This document shows, piece by piece, positions 36,824 through 47,916 of a DNA stretch of 64,000 bases. The notes beneath the pieces are model-generated. The model made no database searches, had not been told where the DNA came from, and worked only from the letters and a program-made list of their open reading frames with translations. Origin of the DNA: a virus; IMG/VR virus record IMGVR_UViG_3300025626_000015, positions 1 through 64,000 of that record; one strand, given 5' to 3'. Within the stretch, counting starts at the first letter, position 1. Each line of letters opens with the position of its first letter. The translations under genes and the position numbers were made by a program.

Positions 36824-39800
36824 CCCAACTTAAAAGTAATATTAATAGTGTTGATAAAATATTTCATATTTCTGATATACATATTCGTACATTAAAACGA
36901 CATAAAGAATATCAAGAAGTATTTGATACATTATTTTTACATATTGCTCAACATGCAACCGACTCAAGTATTTGTGTAATAACTGGAGATATAGTACATT
37001 CAAAATTAGATATGTCTCCAGAATTAATTAATATGTTAACAAAGTTTTTTAATGGATTTCATATACCTACAATTGTTATATTAGGTAATCATGATATGAA
37101 TTTAAATAATTTATATAGATTAGATGCAATATCTCCAATACTAGATGTTATTAATAATGATAATATTCATTTTATTAAAGAAAATGGATTGTTTAGTTTT
37201 GCAAATGTTGTATTTAATCATATGGCAGTAGATGTTGCTCCAAAAGATTATATTCAAGCAAAAGACTTTGATGCTCATTACAAAATAGCTTTACATCACG
37301 GAGCTGTACATAATGCTAAAACTGATATAGGATTTCAAATTTCAAATGAACATGTTACTACTGATTTATTTGAAGGACATGACTTAACATTACTAGGCGA
37401 TATACATAAGCCTGCACAGTTTTTAAACAACGAAAAAACTATTGGATATCCTGGATCACTAATACAACAAAACCACGGAGAAGCACTTGATCATGGCATA
37501 TTAGTATGGGATCTTCCAGATCGTACATCAGAATTCATAGAAATACAAAATGATTATGGATATGTTACTTTTGAAGTAGAAAATGCAAAAATTAAAAAAT
37601 CTCCACATAGAGTACCTGCAAAACCTAGAGTCAGAATTAAATTTACTGATACAGATGCATCTGATATTAAAAAATTAATAGCAACTATACGTAAAAAATA
37701 TAAAGTTCAAGACGTATCGATACAACGTACTGCAAATCATATTGAAAGTAATAAAAATGGATCTATTGCAATAGGTAATGTTCGAGATGTAGAACATCAA
37801 AATAACTTAATAACAAATTTTATAAACGAAAATTATCCAGATGCAAATAAAAAAGAATTAGATGCAATTAGGCATATTAATAGAACTATAAATTCTAAAC
37901 TACCGGTTTTAGAATCAGTTAGAAATGTAACATGGTATCCAGTTTCTTTTGAGTTTGATAATATGTTTTCATATGGAGAGAAAAATAAAGTAGATTTTTC
38001 TAAATTATCTGATGTTATAGGATTATTTGCTGCAAATGCATCTGGTAAATCATCTTTATTAGATGCTATAATATATACAATATTTGATAAATGTAGTAAA
38101 ACAAGTAAATCAAAAGAAGTTTTAAATAATAAAAAATCTGGATTTAAAGGTATCTTTAAATTTAAGTTAAATGATAAATTATATACAATTGAAAGAGAAG
38201 GAGTAACATTAAAACATGGTCATGTTAAAGTTAATGTTAACTTTTATAACGAAGATGCAAATTTAAATGGTGAAGAAAGAAGTGATACAAATAAAAGTAT
38301 AAGACGATATTTAGGAACATATGATGATTTTATTTTAACTGCATTTTCATTACAAGCTGATAATAATAATTTTATAGAAAAATCACAAAGAGAAAGAAAA
38401 GATTTATTGTCACAATTTTTAGACACTACAGTGTTTGAACAATTATATCATTTAGCATCAGAAGAAATAAAAGAAACAGCTGGAAAATTAAAAGCATATA
38501 AAAAAATAGATTTTGGTTCTATTATAAAAGAGTCTGATGATATTATTATTGAAAATCAAGATACTATAATAGAATTAGAAAAAAATGATAATGATTTACA
38601 AAATTCTAGAAATAATATACAAAATCAAATTGTTGAATTAATTGAATCAAAACAACCAATGTCATATGATGGACCAGATATTTCTGATTTAGAAAAAACA
38701 GAAAATCAATTAATTGATAATATAGAAAATATAGAAATATCTATAGAAGAATTAGAAGAAAAAATTGATTTGTTAAATGAAGAATCATTTGAATCAATAT
38801 CCATCGACCAATTAAATTTACAAAAAAATAAAAAAGAAATATTAAATAAAGATATAAAAATTGTAACAAAAGAGCTTACACAATTAGAACAACTAATTAA
38901 AATACAGCAACAAAAAATAGATCATCTATTAACACATGAATATGATCATACATGTAAATATTGTATTTCTAATATATTTGTTAAAGAAGCAGAAGAAGCA
39001 AAAATAGAATTACCAAAAAATAAAAAATTAGCAGATATTGCATTTACAAAACAATTTGACTTACAAACAAATCGTGATATAATTCAAGATACAATTTTAA
39101 AATATCAAGAACAAATAGACTTATCTAATAAATTAGAAAAATTTGAATTGCAATTACAAGTACTAGAAAGTGATTTACAAACAAAAGAATCTGAATTAGA
39201 AACAACTAATGAGCGTCAAGAATTATTTAAAAAGAATGAAACTGCTATTATTCATAATAAATCTATAGATGAAAAAATTAAAATAAAAAAGAATTTAATA
39301 ACTGATATTGTAAATACTTTAAAAACTATTACTAATAAAGTTAAATCAAATCATGGTGAAATAGAAGTTGCAAAAACTAAAAAGAAAACAGCTTTAGAAC
39401 AATTAGAAACATATAAACAATTAGAAACTGAATATAAAGCATATGAATATTATTTACAGTCTGTAAAAAGAGATGGTGTTCCATATGAATTAATTAAAAA
39501 AGCACTGCCTAAAATAGAAACTGAAATAAATAATGTTTTAGATCAAGTTGTTGATTTTAATATGGTATTAAATACAGATGGTAGAAATATTAATGGCTAT
39601 ATAATATATGATGAAGATAATTTCTGGCCATTAGAATTAACATCTGGAATGGAAAGATTTATTTCTTCGTTAGCAATCCGTGTAGCATTAATTAACGTAT
39701 CAGCTTTACCTAGACCTAATTTTATTGCAATTGATGAAGGATGGGGTAGTTTAGATAGAGAACATATTTCTTCTGTAACAAATTTGTTTGAATATTTTAG

Positions 39801-39915
39801 ATCAAAATTTGATTTTTCTATTATTATATCACATGTTGAATCAATGAGAGATATGGTAGACAACTTAATTGAAGTTAATAAAATTGAAAATTTCAGTCAT
39901 ATTCAACATGTATGA
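36814..39915 (+). CDS. fused Mre11/SbcD nuclease-Rad50/SbcC ATPase (gp47-gp46 fusion)
   Basis: SDIH, GDIVH, GNHD, GDIH; Walker A NASGKSS, coiled coil with CKYC hook, TSGMERF, IAIDEGWGSLD, ISH. Confidence 0.92.
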   Translation: MEITQLKSNINSVDKIFHISDIHIRTLKRHKEYQEVFDTLFLHIAQHATDSSICVITGDIVHSKLDMSPELINMLTKFFNGFHIPTIVILGNHDMNLNNLYRLDAISPILDVINNDNIHFIKENGLFSFANVVFNHMAVDVAPKDYIQAKDFDAHYKIALHHGAVHNAKTDIGFQISNEHVTTDLFEGHDLTLLGDIHKPAQFLNNEKTIGYPGSLIQQNHGEALDHGILVWDLPDRTSEFIEIQNDYGYVTFEVENAKIKKSPHRVPAKPRVRIKFTDTDASDIKKLIATIRKKYKVQDVSIQRTANHIESNKNGSIAIGNVRDVEHQNNLITNFINENYPDANKKELDAIRHINRTINSKLPVLESVRNVTWYPVSFEFDNMFSYGEKNKVDFSKLSDVIGLFAANASGKSSLLDAIIYTIFDKCSKTSKSKEVLNNKKSGFKGIFKFKLNDKLYTIEREGVTLKHGHVKVNVNFYNEDANLNGEERSDTNKSIRRYLGTYDDFILTAFSLQADNNNFIEKSQRERKDLLSQFLDTTVFEQLYHLASEEIKETAGKLKAYKKIDFGSIIKESDDIIIENQDTIIELEKNDNDLQNSRNNIQNQIVELIESKQPMSYDGPDISDLEKTENQLIDNIENIEISIEELEEKIDLLNEESFESISIDQLNLQKNKKEILNKDIKIVTKELTQLEQLIKIQQQKIDHLLTHEYDHTCKYCISNIFVKEAEEAKIELPKNKKLADIAFTKQFDLQTNRDIIQDTILKYQEQIDLSNKLEKFELQLQVLESDLQTKESELETTNERQELFKKNETAIIHNKSIDEKIKIKKNLITDIVNTLKTITNKVKSNHGEIEVAKTKKKTALEQLETYKQLETEYKAYEYYLQSVKRDGVPYELIKKALPKIETEINNVLDQVVDFNMVLNTDGRNINGYIIYDEDNFWPLELTSGMERFISSLAIRVALINVSALPRPNFIAIDEGWGSLDREHISSVTNLFEYFRSKFDFSIIISHVESMRDMVDNLIEVNKIENFSHIQHV

Positions 39916-39940
39916 TATTTATAAAAAAGAAACTTCATGA

Positions 39941-42900
39941 ATGGCTCGAAAACTTGCAACATATAAAGGGTATGATACTTTAAATACTTATTATACTGAT
40001 ACATCATTATTATCTCCGGATATTTTTGATATTAGTTTTTTTCCAAATACATTAACAGTAGGTAAGAATTTAATTAAGTTTCGTGGAAATTCTAACTCTT
40101 TAAAAGTAGGATCTATAATTGATATTGAAATTTTAGATTCAAACGGGGACACTATATATTCTGAATTTATAGATTATATAGACGATGATGGAGCAAGAGT
40201 TATATCAATTTTCATATATGAAGATACTGCGCCTGGAGACGCAACAGTATTTCTTGTAACAGAAATAACTAAAATTAATAATCAATTAGTTCCTAATATT
40301 TTTAAAAATCAATTAAATGCAAAATGGTCAAGAACTATACCAGTTAATCCATTAGACTTAAATACATCTACAATTATTTTTAATAACACTCCAAAAGTTA
40401 CTATTTCTGAAAATGTAGGAGTTCAATTAAATAGAACATATAACAACGGACAATTTCCAATATATAATACCGGACAGATAAGTTTTATATCACAAAATAA
40501 TCAACCAACTGCAATATTAACAGGAGGTAAATTTATTGGCGATATGATAAACGGTACATTGTCAGTACCAAATCCAATTAATCCATTACCTACAATTGAT
40601 ATTAATGCTAATTCAACTGTATATACTAGTACTATTAGTAAAGTTTTAAATGATACTACATTACAATTAGATTTTCCATATCAGGTTTTTGATACACAAA
40701 GTAATTTTTCACATACATTTAATAGTTTTGATAATTCAACATATCAAATTGAGTACGAAGCATCCCCTCAATATACTCCAACACAAAATTCTGAATCGTT
40801 TGCATTAATACAAATTTCTGACTTAGAACCTAACACAGGAGATATTTCTAGAATTAAAGTGTATTTAAATTCTGCAGGAACTGTAGGAACATTTGAGCAA
40901 GTTAATGATATATTACTACCAAATACTGAAATATTTATTGATTCAACATCATCATTGACTCCTGATAAATCTATAGGAATATTTGAAACTCAAAGTATTA
41001 TTAATACATATTGGGAAGGACATTCATACCAAGGTAATACAGAAATAGCAGCACCTACATTAACTTGGACAACAAGTTCAATAAATAATGCAACTGCAAT
41101 TACAGGAATATTAGATTTATCAAATTCAAATAACGTATATGCATTTCAATTAAAAGACCAATTTTCTGGTATTTTTGTAAGTCAATCAATGTATACAGTA
41201 ACATTAGATGCATTTGCACAACGTGGATCTGATAATTTAAATCCTATATTATCAATTTATGCATCTGGATCAGCATTTACATTTGATACAACAGATAATT
41301 TCAATCAATCATTACCAAAAAAATTAGGTAAAAAGATTGGTGAAATAGAGTGTTTAGGTAATTCAAAAAGATATGATGATATAACATTTGAATTTAATTC
41401 TGATCAATCTGGCAAGGGAGTATTATTATTTGTAATTGAATCAGGAAATTGGCAAATTTCTGATATTAGAACATTAACTGATGCAGAATATGGATATACT
41501 CCAAATTATACAAGATTTAGAACAGAAATACCAACTAAAATTAAATCTGGCAATCAATTATCTTTTAAAATTGAATATTATAATCGATTAGGAGATAAAT
41601 CAAATACTGTTAATTTTGTTAGAAATTTAAATTTTGAAGGTGGTAACAGATATATAGACGGCGGATTTTCAATGCTAACTGGATCTTTATTTGTTGCTAA
41701 TACATTATCATCAGGTGTAGAAATTGCCGGTTTGAAAAATACAGGATATGTTAGATCTCTAGGGTATAACGGATTTAATCAAGCCCTAGGAACCGGTTCA
41801 GGAGGATTCTTATTGTTTTCCGGATCCGCATTACCATATCAAACTGAAACTACATATCAAGGTGTAGGATTAGAAATGGTATCTAATGCAAATAATTATT
41901 TTAGATATAGAACAACTCCTAGTATTTTAGATATACACACAGAAACATTTTTCTTAGGTAATCCATCTACTCAATTCGTAAGCGGATCATCTGGTCAATT
42001 GGAAATATCATCTTCTGGATATCATATACAAGCAAATGGAGATATAACAGCTTCTAGATTTTTAATGGATGGCGGAACTATAACAGATAACGTAACAATA
42101 CTAGGATCATTATCTGCAAATAGTATTTTAACTCCTGCTACAATTAATGGATCGCCGTCAACACCAGCAAATGCATCTTCTTCAATTAGTACAGATGGAT
42201 TCGCAATATTTAAATCAGCTTCAATAGCAGGATTTACAATAACAGACGGAGAAATAATTTCTGCAGGTGCAGCAGAAGCATCGTCTAGTATAACAAATAC
42301 AAATGTTAGCTTAACTAATTTTACTTTAACAGGCGGTATAGGAATAAATAATCCGGCGATATCATTACAAACATATTCTGGATCTCCAACCAATGGATAT
42401 GTCTTCTCCGGATACATTTCAAATGCAGGAGCTTCATTTAAAATAGGAGCAACATCATATGAAGTAGCACCTGCAACATATACAGTTGGAGCTGGAACAA
42501 TAACTTTAACGGGGGCATATCAAACTGGAGATCCATTTGGAGAAGGCTCACAAGGAAATTTTAGTTTTTACCAAACAGATGCTCCATCTAACACAACATT
42601 TTTATCTGGATCAACAACAAATTTTCCAGCAATAGAATCTCCTATAGTATTAAAAGCATTAGGAGAAATAACTGCTAGCGCAGGAAAAATAGGAGGATTT
42701 CAAATTGGAACTTCATCACTTTCAACTGCAGGAGTAGAGATTAATGATTCTTCACAAAACTCATTTATTAGTTCTAGCAATTTCAATGTTAAACATACTG
42801 GTATAATGACTGCAAGTAATGCATTATTTGAAGGAGTTGCATTAGCAAATATTATTAGAGATAAAGCAGTAGTTATAACTGCAGCTAATTCTTCTTCATA

Positions 42901-43198
42901 TTTACAGTTTAATCCTCAAGTTGGTACTCCTCCTAGCGCTACAACAGCAGCTTTTTATAATATAGTATTAGATGGCTCTTTGGGAGGAGAAAAAGTTAGG
43001 AGAGCATTAATAGGATGTCCATTAAAAACAATAAGTAGCGGCGGAGGTCCGCCTACTACATATACTGTTGCTATAGCAGGAGTCAAACTACCAGATATTG
43101 GATCAACCACTTCTTTAGAATGTATAATAGAAATTTCTGGTTCTGGGATTGCTTTTCGAAATGATGTAGGACCATTTGCAGCTGGATTTTTAACATGA
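39941..43198 (+). CDS. large tail/fibre structural protein
   Basis: 1085 aa, S/T/G-rich, repeated I.A.G.I.GF.I beta motifs. Confidence 0.6.
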   Translation: MARKLATYKGYDTLNTYYTDTSLLSPDIFDISFFPNTLTVGKNLIKFRGNSNSLKVGSIIDIEILDSNGDTIYSEFIDYIDDDGARVISIFIYEDTAPGDATVFLVTEITKINNQLVPNIFKNQLNAKWSRTIPVNPLDLNTSTIIFNNTPKVTISENVGVQLNRTYNNGQFPIYNTGQISFISQNNQPTAILTGGKFIGDMINGTLSVPNPINPLPTIDINANSTVYTSTISKVLNDTTLQLDFPYQVFDTQSNFSHTFNSFDNSTYQIEYEASPQYTPTQNSESFALIQISDLEPNTGDISRIKVYLNSAGTVGTFEQVNDILLPNTEIFIDSTSSLTPDKSIGIFETQSIINTYWEGHSYQGNTEIAAPTLTWTTSSINNATAITGILDLSNSNNVYAFQLKDQFSGIFVSQSMYTVTLDAFAQRGSDNLNPILSIYASGSAFTFDTTDNFNQSLPKKLGKKIGEIECLGNSKRYDDITFEFNSDQSGKGVLLFVIESGNWQISDIRTLTDAEYGYTPNYTRFRTEIPTKIKSGNQLSFKIEYYNRLGDKSNTVNFVRNLNFEGGNRYIDGGFSMLTGSLFVANTLSSGVEIAGLKNTGYVRSLGYNGFNQALGTGSGGFLLFSGSALPYQTETTYQGVGLEMVSNANNYFRYRTTPSILDIHTETFFLGNPSTQFVSGSSGQLEISSSGYHIQANGDITASRFLMDGGTITDNVTILGSLSANSILTPATINGSPSTPANASSSISTDGFAIFKSASIAGFTITDGEIISAGAAEASSSITNTNVSLTNFTLTGGIGINNPAISLQTYSGSPTNGYVFSGYISNAGASFKIGATSYEVAPATYTVGAGTITLTGAYQTGDPFGEGSQGNFSFYQTDAPSNTTFLSGSTTNFPAIESPIVLKALGEITASAGKIGGFQIGTSSLSTAGVEINDSSQNSFISSSNFNVKHTGIMTASNALFEGVALANIIRDKAVVITAANSSSYLQFNPQVGTPPSATTAAFYNIVLDGSLGGEKVRRALIGCPLKTISSGGGPPTTYTVAIAGVKLPDIGSTTSLECIIEISGSGIAFRNDVGPFAAGFLT

Positions 43199-43220
43199 TT
43201 ATAATAGAAAGAAATATTTT

Positions 43221-43754
43221 ATGGGATTAACAAGCTACGTAACAATTGATGACGGCACTGTCTTAAAAGCAACTCCAATTAATGGTAATCCTAATGCAAT
43301 TGGAATCGTAACAGGCACTCAAGAACCATTTACTAAAACATTTAAAGATGGAATAACTGTAGAAGGTTCGTTAGGAACAGATATAAATTTAAAAAGTAAT
43401 GTTCATATAAGTGGGAGTATCACATATCAAAATATTAACCGATATAGTGGAGGAACTACTACAATTGGTTCTAATTTAAGTTCAAATCAATCAATATATT
43501 TATTATCTCCAACTAGTGGTACAGTTACTATTGCTTTACCATATTTAGGAGGAGCAAGTACTAACTATGATTCCCAATTAATAATAATAAAAAAACTAAC
43601 CAGTACTGGTACTGTATCAATTAATCCAGCTGGTCCAACAACAGTAGACGGATCTACCAGTATGTCAGCAACAGCACAATATTCATTTATACAATTATTA
43701 CAAGATGGTCCTTCTAATAGTTGGATTGTAATTGCAAACAATGGATTTTCATAA
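43221..43754 (+). CDS. putative fibre-associated structural protein
   Basis: VTIALP...IIIKK...VSI.P....VDG...W.V. Confidence 0.55.
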   Translation: MGLTSYVTIDDGTVLKATPINGNPNAIGIVTGTQEPFTKTFKDGITVEGSLGTDINLKSNVHISGSITYQNINRYSGGTTTIGSNLSSNQSIYLLSPTSGTVTIALPYLGGASTNYDSQLIIIKKLTSTGTVSINPAGPTTVDGSTSMSATAQYSFIQLLQDGPSNSWIVIANNGFS

Positions 43755-43772
43755 CAAACATATTTATATAAA

Positions 43773-46046
43773 ATGAATAACGTAACAGTATTATTTCCAG
43801 GAGGCTTCAAGCCAATAACCGGAGCACATATGGCTCTTGCTCAAAGATACGCTCAAAATCCTAGTGTTGACAAAGTTATCATGTTAATAGGTCCTAAAGA
43901 GCGAGACGGTATAACAAGAAATACAAGTATTAAAATGTTTAATTTGTTAAATAGAAACAATAATATTGAAATACAATCAACAGATTTTAATTCGCCTATT
44001 ATGGCTGCATATGAATATCTATTTTCATTACCAGAAAACGCTCAAGGTCAATTTGCATTAGCTGCATCAGAAAAAGATGAAGATTATGTTCGAGTAAAAA
44101 CATTTCTACCAAATGTAGATAAGTATAAATTAACTGGTGATAGAAAAGGAAGAAAAATCCCAGTTGGTATTGATGCAGTTGAATTAACAGTTTCTGTAGA
44201 CCCTTTAAAATATGATGATGGTAATGCAATATCAGCATCTGCCGTAAGAGCAGCCTTAAATGCAGATGCATATAGTAAATTTAAAGAAAGTTATCCTGGA
44301 TATGATGAATCTATTATAAAAAATATTTGGCAAATGCTTGGCGGAGCTCCAACATATGGAGATGTAATGGGATCTGAAATTAAAAAAAGCATTAAAGACA
44401 TTGAAGATGGTGATGTAATATTATTAGACAATGGTAATAAGTTTAAGGTAGATTATATAGATCCATGGAGTGCCGGCGGTAGAATAATTAACGGTACAGA
44501 TCTTGAAACAGGTAAAAAAGGAAAGTTAAAAATTAAGTTCTTAACACCAAGAGGGAATACAGGCCTCGCAGATGATACCATGTTAACAGTATTAAAAGAA
44601 TCATTAACTATGAAAGAATGGTTCTTGCAAGAATTTGAAAATAATGCAAATGAAATAGCAGAACAAATGGGAGTTGGATATATGACTCCAAAGGGAGCTG
44701 TAGCACATCAAAAGAAAATTAAAAAACTTAGAAAATTTCTTGACAAGAAAAATGATCGTGGATTTACATATGATTTTGATGAATATCCGAAAACTGTATT
44801 TGGAACAAAATATTTAAATGAAGGTGGATTAGCTGGTCATATGTCACATCCATTTGATATGAATAGATCACAATCATTAACATTTGCAGATTTCAAAGAA
44901 ATGATCGCACGTGGATTACAAGGTAGATTAGATATTGAAAACACCGTTACTGAAAAAACAGATGGACAAAATATTTTTATGACTTTTAAAGACGGAGCAG
45001 TTAAATTTGCTAGAAATGGCGGAGAACGTGTAAATCCATTAACTGTTAAAGAATTACAAGCAAAGTTTGCAGGAAGAGGTAATATATCAGACGCATTTGG
45101 AGAAGCCGGAACAGATTTAGCAGCTGCTTTTGCAAAAGTAGGATTAGAAAAATTACAAAGTATTTTTCAAAATGGCAAGGTATTTGCTAATATGGAAATT
45201 ATATATCCGCCAACAAAAAATGTTATATCATATGAAGCAGCATATTTGCAATTTCATAATCTTGTAGAATTTGATGAAAAAGGAAAAATTGTACAAACTG
45301 ATTTAACCGGTGGTGCTGTTGTACAAAAAGCTGTAACAGACGCAAACTCAGATTTACAAAATACATTTAATTTAATTCCACCTCAAAAAATTAAATTAGG
45401 CCAAATTGAAAATTTTCAAGACTATCAAGATGCATTATTCAATGAATTAAATCAACTACGTGACAAATATAATCTAAAAGACACAGATACAGTTTCAGAG
45501 TATCACAAATCATGGTGGAGAGATATTATACGAGCTAAAGCAAATGAGTTTAATTATAATATACCTAACGAAGTAATAGATATATTAATGAATAGATGGG
45601 CATATAATATTAAATCACCTAACGTCTCTGCAGTAGCTAAAATGATAGACAATGCAGAGTTTGTAGAATGGATGAGAGGGTTTGATAAAAAAGACTTTAA
45701 AAAATATATAAAAGACAATATACAGCCATTTGAATCAATATTCTTAAAATTAGGTGCAGAAATAATGAAGAATGTATCTAATTTTTTAGCACCGAATCCT
45801 GCAAAAGCTGTACAAGATATTAGAAAAGAAATTGCACAAATAATTCGCACATTGAGATCTACTAATGATATATCAAAAATGGAATTACTAAAAACTCAAT
45901 TGGATAAAATTAAAAGATTAGGCGGATTCGAAAAAATAGTTCCGGTAGAAGGAATTGTATTTGTATATGGAGGTAATACATATAAACTAACTGGAGCATT
46001 TGCTCCGCTAAACCAAATATTAGGAACATTAAAGTATTCTAGATAA
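43773..46046 (+). CDS. fusion: HIGH-family nucleotidyltransferase plus ATP-dependent ligase-like domain
   Basis: FPGGFKPITGAH and ISASAVR; after YLNE-GG: EKTDG, NMEII, LQFH, EGIVF, YKLTG. Confidence 0.65.
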   Translation: MNNVTVLFPGGFKPITGAHMALAQRYAQNPSVDKVIMLIGPKERDGITRNTSIKMFNLLNRNNNIEIQSTDFNSPIMAAYEYLFSLPENAQGQFALAASEKDEDYVRVKTFLPNVDKYKLTGDRKGRKIPVGIDAVELTVSVDPLKYDDGNAISASAVRAALNADAYSKFKESYPGYDESIIKNIWQMLGGAPTYGDVMGSEIKKSIKDIEDGDVILLDNGNKFKVDYIDPWSAGGRIINGTDLETGKKGKLKIKFLTPRGNTGLADDTMLTVLKESLTMKEWFLQEFENNANEIAEQMGVGYMTPKGAVAHQKKIKKLRKFLDKKNDRGFTYDFDEYPKTVFGTKYLNEGGLAGHMSHPFDMNRSQSLTFADFKEMIARGLQGRLDIENTVTEKTDGQNIFMTFKDGAVKFARNGGERVNPLTVKELQAKFAGRGNISDAFGEAGTDLAAAFAKVGLEKLQSIFQNGKVFANMEIIYPPTKNVISYEAAYLQFHNLVEFDEKGKIVQTDLTGGAVVQKAVTDANSDLQNTFNLIPPQKIKLGQIENFQDYQDALFNELNQLRDKYNLKDTDTVSEYHKSWWRDIIRAKANEFNYNIPNEVIDILMNRWAYNIKSPNVSAVAKMIDNAEFVEWMRGFDKKDFKKYIKDNIQPFESIFLKLGAEIMKNVSNFLAPNPAKAVQDIRKEIAQIIRTLRSTNDISKMELLKTQLDKIKRLGGFEKIVPVEGIVFVYGGNTYKLTGAFAPLNQILGTLKYSR

Positions 46047-46081
46047 TATTTATATAAAAGAAAATAACAGGACATAATAAT

Positions 46082-46948
46082 ATGGCAAAGTATAAACAAC
46101 CAAAAAATGATAAGTATAAATCCAGAAAAGATTTAAAAGATTATACAATTGATAAAGATGTTGAAGGAATGGTACCAAATGCATCTGGAGAACCAATGCC
46201 TGAAGTTCCTAGAAAAGACGATAAAGAAGTTATTGACGATGTTGAAAACATGGTACCTAAAGTAAAAGATTCTGATAAAATATATATTACTAAAGAATTG
46301 CAAGACGGTGATCCTAAAATGCCATCTAATGCATTAAAAACATTAGTTAAAAATCAAGAAGAAGATGCAAAAGAATTAATTGATACATTATCAAAAAAGG
46401 ATGGTGGCTATATGACACAAATAGAAAAATTAACAAAAGAACAAAAAGAAAAGCTAGTTAAAGAAATTGTAAAAAGAAAAGTTTCAAAATTTTTATCTGA
46501 GCAAGCTTTAAACACATTAAAAAATGAGCAAGATAAACAAACAGAGCCAGCAGACGAAGAACCAATAGAAGAACCCGTTGCTGATACTCCAGAACCTACT
46601 CCTGCTCCAGAAGCACCTGCAGAACCAGCTGATGCACCAGAAGCTCCAGTAGAACCAGAAGAAGCACCAGAACCAGAAGAGGCACCAGAACCAGAAGAGG
46701 AACCAATTCCAAATCCAGAAGGTGGAGAAGATGCCGAAAAACCTAATACAGGAGGAGATCCTAGAGTTTCTAAATTTATTGAAGCAATGGAACAAAAAGG
46801 CGGAACTTTAGCACAAGTTACATTAATGATGAAAACTATGAATCAATTTTTAGGCGAAAAAGAACCAAAAAATAAAATACAATTTTTAGCATTCATGAAA
46901 AAATTAGTTGATAAATCTTTACAAAAGATGGATCCTAAAGATTTATAA
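46082..46948 (+). CDS. hypothetical late protein with Pro/Glu-rich linker
   Basis: FLSEQ and LKNEQ sites; EPEEAP repeats (18-bp unit, about 46651-46699). Confidence 0.65.
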   Translation: MAKYKQPKNDKYKSRKDLKDYTIDKDVEGMVPNASGEPMPEVPRKDDKEVIDDVENMVPKVKDSDKIYITKELQDGDPKMPSNALKTLVKNQEEDAKELIDTLSKKDGGYMTQIEKLTKEQKEKLVKEIVKRKVSKFLSEQALNTLKNEQDKQTEPADEEPIEEPVADTPEPTPAPEAPAEPADAPEAPVEPEEAPEPEEAPEPEEEPIPNPEGGEDAEKPNTGGDPRVSKFIEAMEQKGGTLAQVTLMMKTMNQFLGEKEPKNKIQFLAFMKKLVDKSLQKMDPKDL

Positions 46949-46970
46949 TACAATAATTAAAATTTAATTT

Positions 46971-47603
46971 ATGGCAAAGAAGTTACAAAACGTTAAAGCC
47001 GTCCAAAAGATGTTGGATGGTACCCATGCTTTTCAAACAAAACGAACTCACGGATTTTCAGACGCAAAACAAAAAGCTGAAAAAAATAAAAAACGTGAAA
47101 TTGGAGAAATTTGGGAAGAAGAAATAAATGGTACTATATATACTATAGAACAACAAAATGGATTTCGTGTAAAAAAACCAAAAAACTCAGTAGCTAACGA
47201 GATACGAGATTATCTTAAATCATATCCAAATTGTCAAAAAACCTGTTGTAAAACAGAATTTGGCGCAGTTGATGAAAAAATGAGAGTTATTCATGGAATG
47301 TGTCTTGATTGTGTTATTGACATGGAACATGAATTAAAAAAACAAGGTAAATACGAAGAGTACGAGCGCAAAAAAATGACTGAAAATGCAATGTCTTGGT
47401 TAAAAAGAGCAGAACAAGATATTGAAATATTAAAAAAAGCATATACAGAAGCTTCGAGTAATGTAATGAATGCAGATGGATTATTAGAACATTGGTCAGC
47501 TAAAATGACCCAAGAAGAGTTTGATGAAAAAATACAAAACGGATTTAATGAATTTAAAGAAAAATTTTTAAATAATATAAACACAAAGGAAAAAAATGAT
47601 TAA
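46971..47603 (+). CDS. hypothetical protein with Cys motifs
   Basis: C..TCC...CLDC. Confidence 0.65.
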   Translation: MAKKLQNVKAVQKMLDGTHAFQTKRTHGFSDAKQKAEKNKKREIGEIWEEEINGTIYTIEQQNGFRVKKPKNSVANEIRDYLKSYPNCQKTCCKTEFGAVDEKMRVIHGMCLDCVIDMEHELKKQGKYEEYERKKMTENAMSWLKRAEQDIEILKKAYTEASSNVMNADGLLEHWSAKMTQEEFDEKIQNGFNEFKEKFLNNINTKEKND

Positions 47604-47916
47604 GAAATATTGGAAATTAATAGCAGGAGCAATTGCTGGAATATTTGGTTTACTTTTTATATTTGGAAAAAAGTCTAACAACAAAAAAGCTATAGCTGCA
47701 AAAAAGAAAATTGATACGAATAATGTAGAGATTAATAAATTAGATGGTAAAGTTGAAGAAATTAAAAAACAAAAAGCTGTTGCAAAGAAAAAAGTAACAA
47801 CCACAAAGAAACAATTGGAAGCAACAAAAACTAAAAAATCTGCTCCTAAAAAATCAGCACCAAAAAAATCAGTAAAATCTGCTAAGGCAAATATTAAAAA
47901 GAAAATTAGGAAATGA
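47596..47916 (+). CDS. membrane-anchored Lys-rich protein
   Basis: N-terminal TM segment plus basic coiled coil. Confidence 0.6.
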   Translation: MIKKYWKLIAGAIAGIFGLLFIFGKKSNNKKAIAAKKKIDTNNVEINKLDGKVEEIKKQKAVAKKKVTTTKKQLEATKTKKSAPKKSAPKKSVKSAKANIKKKIRK

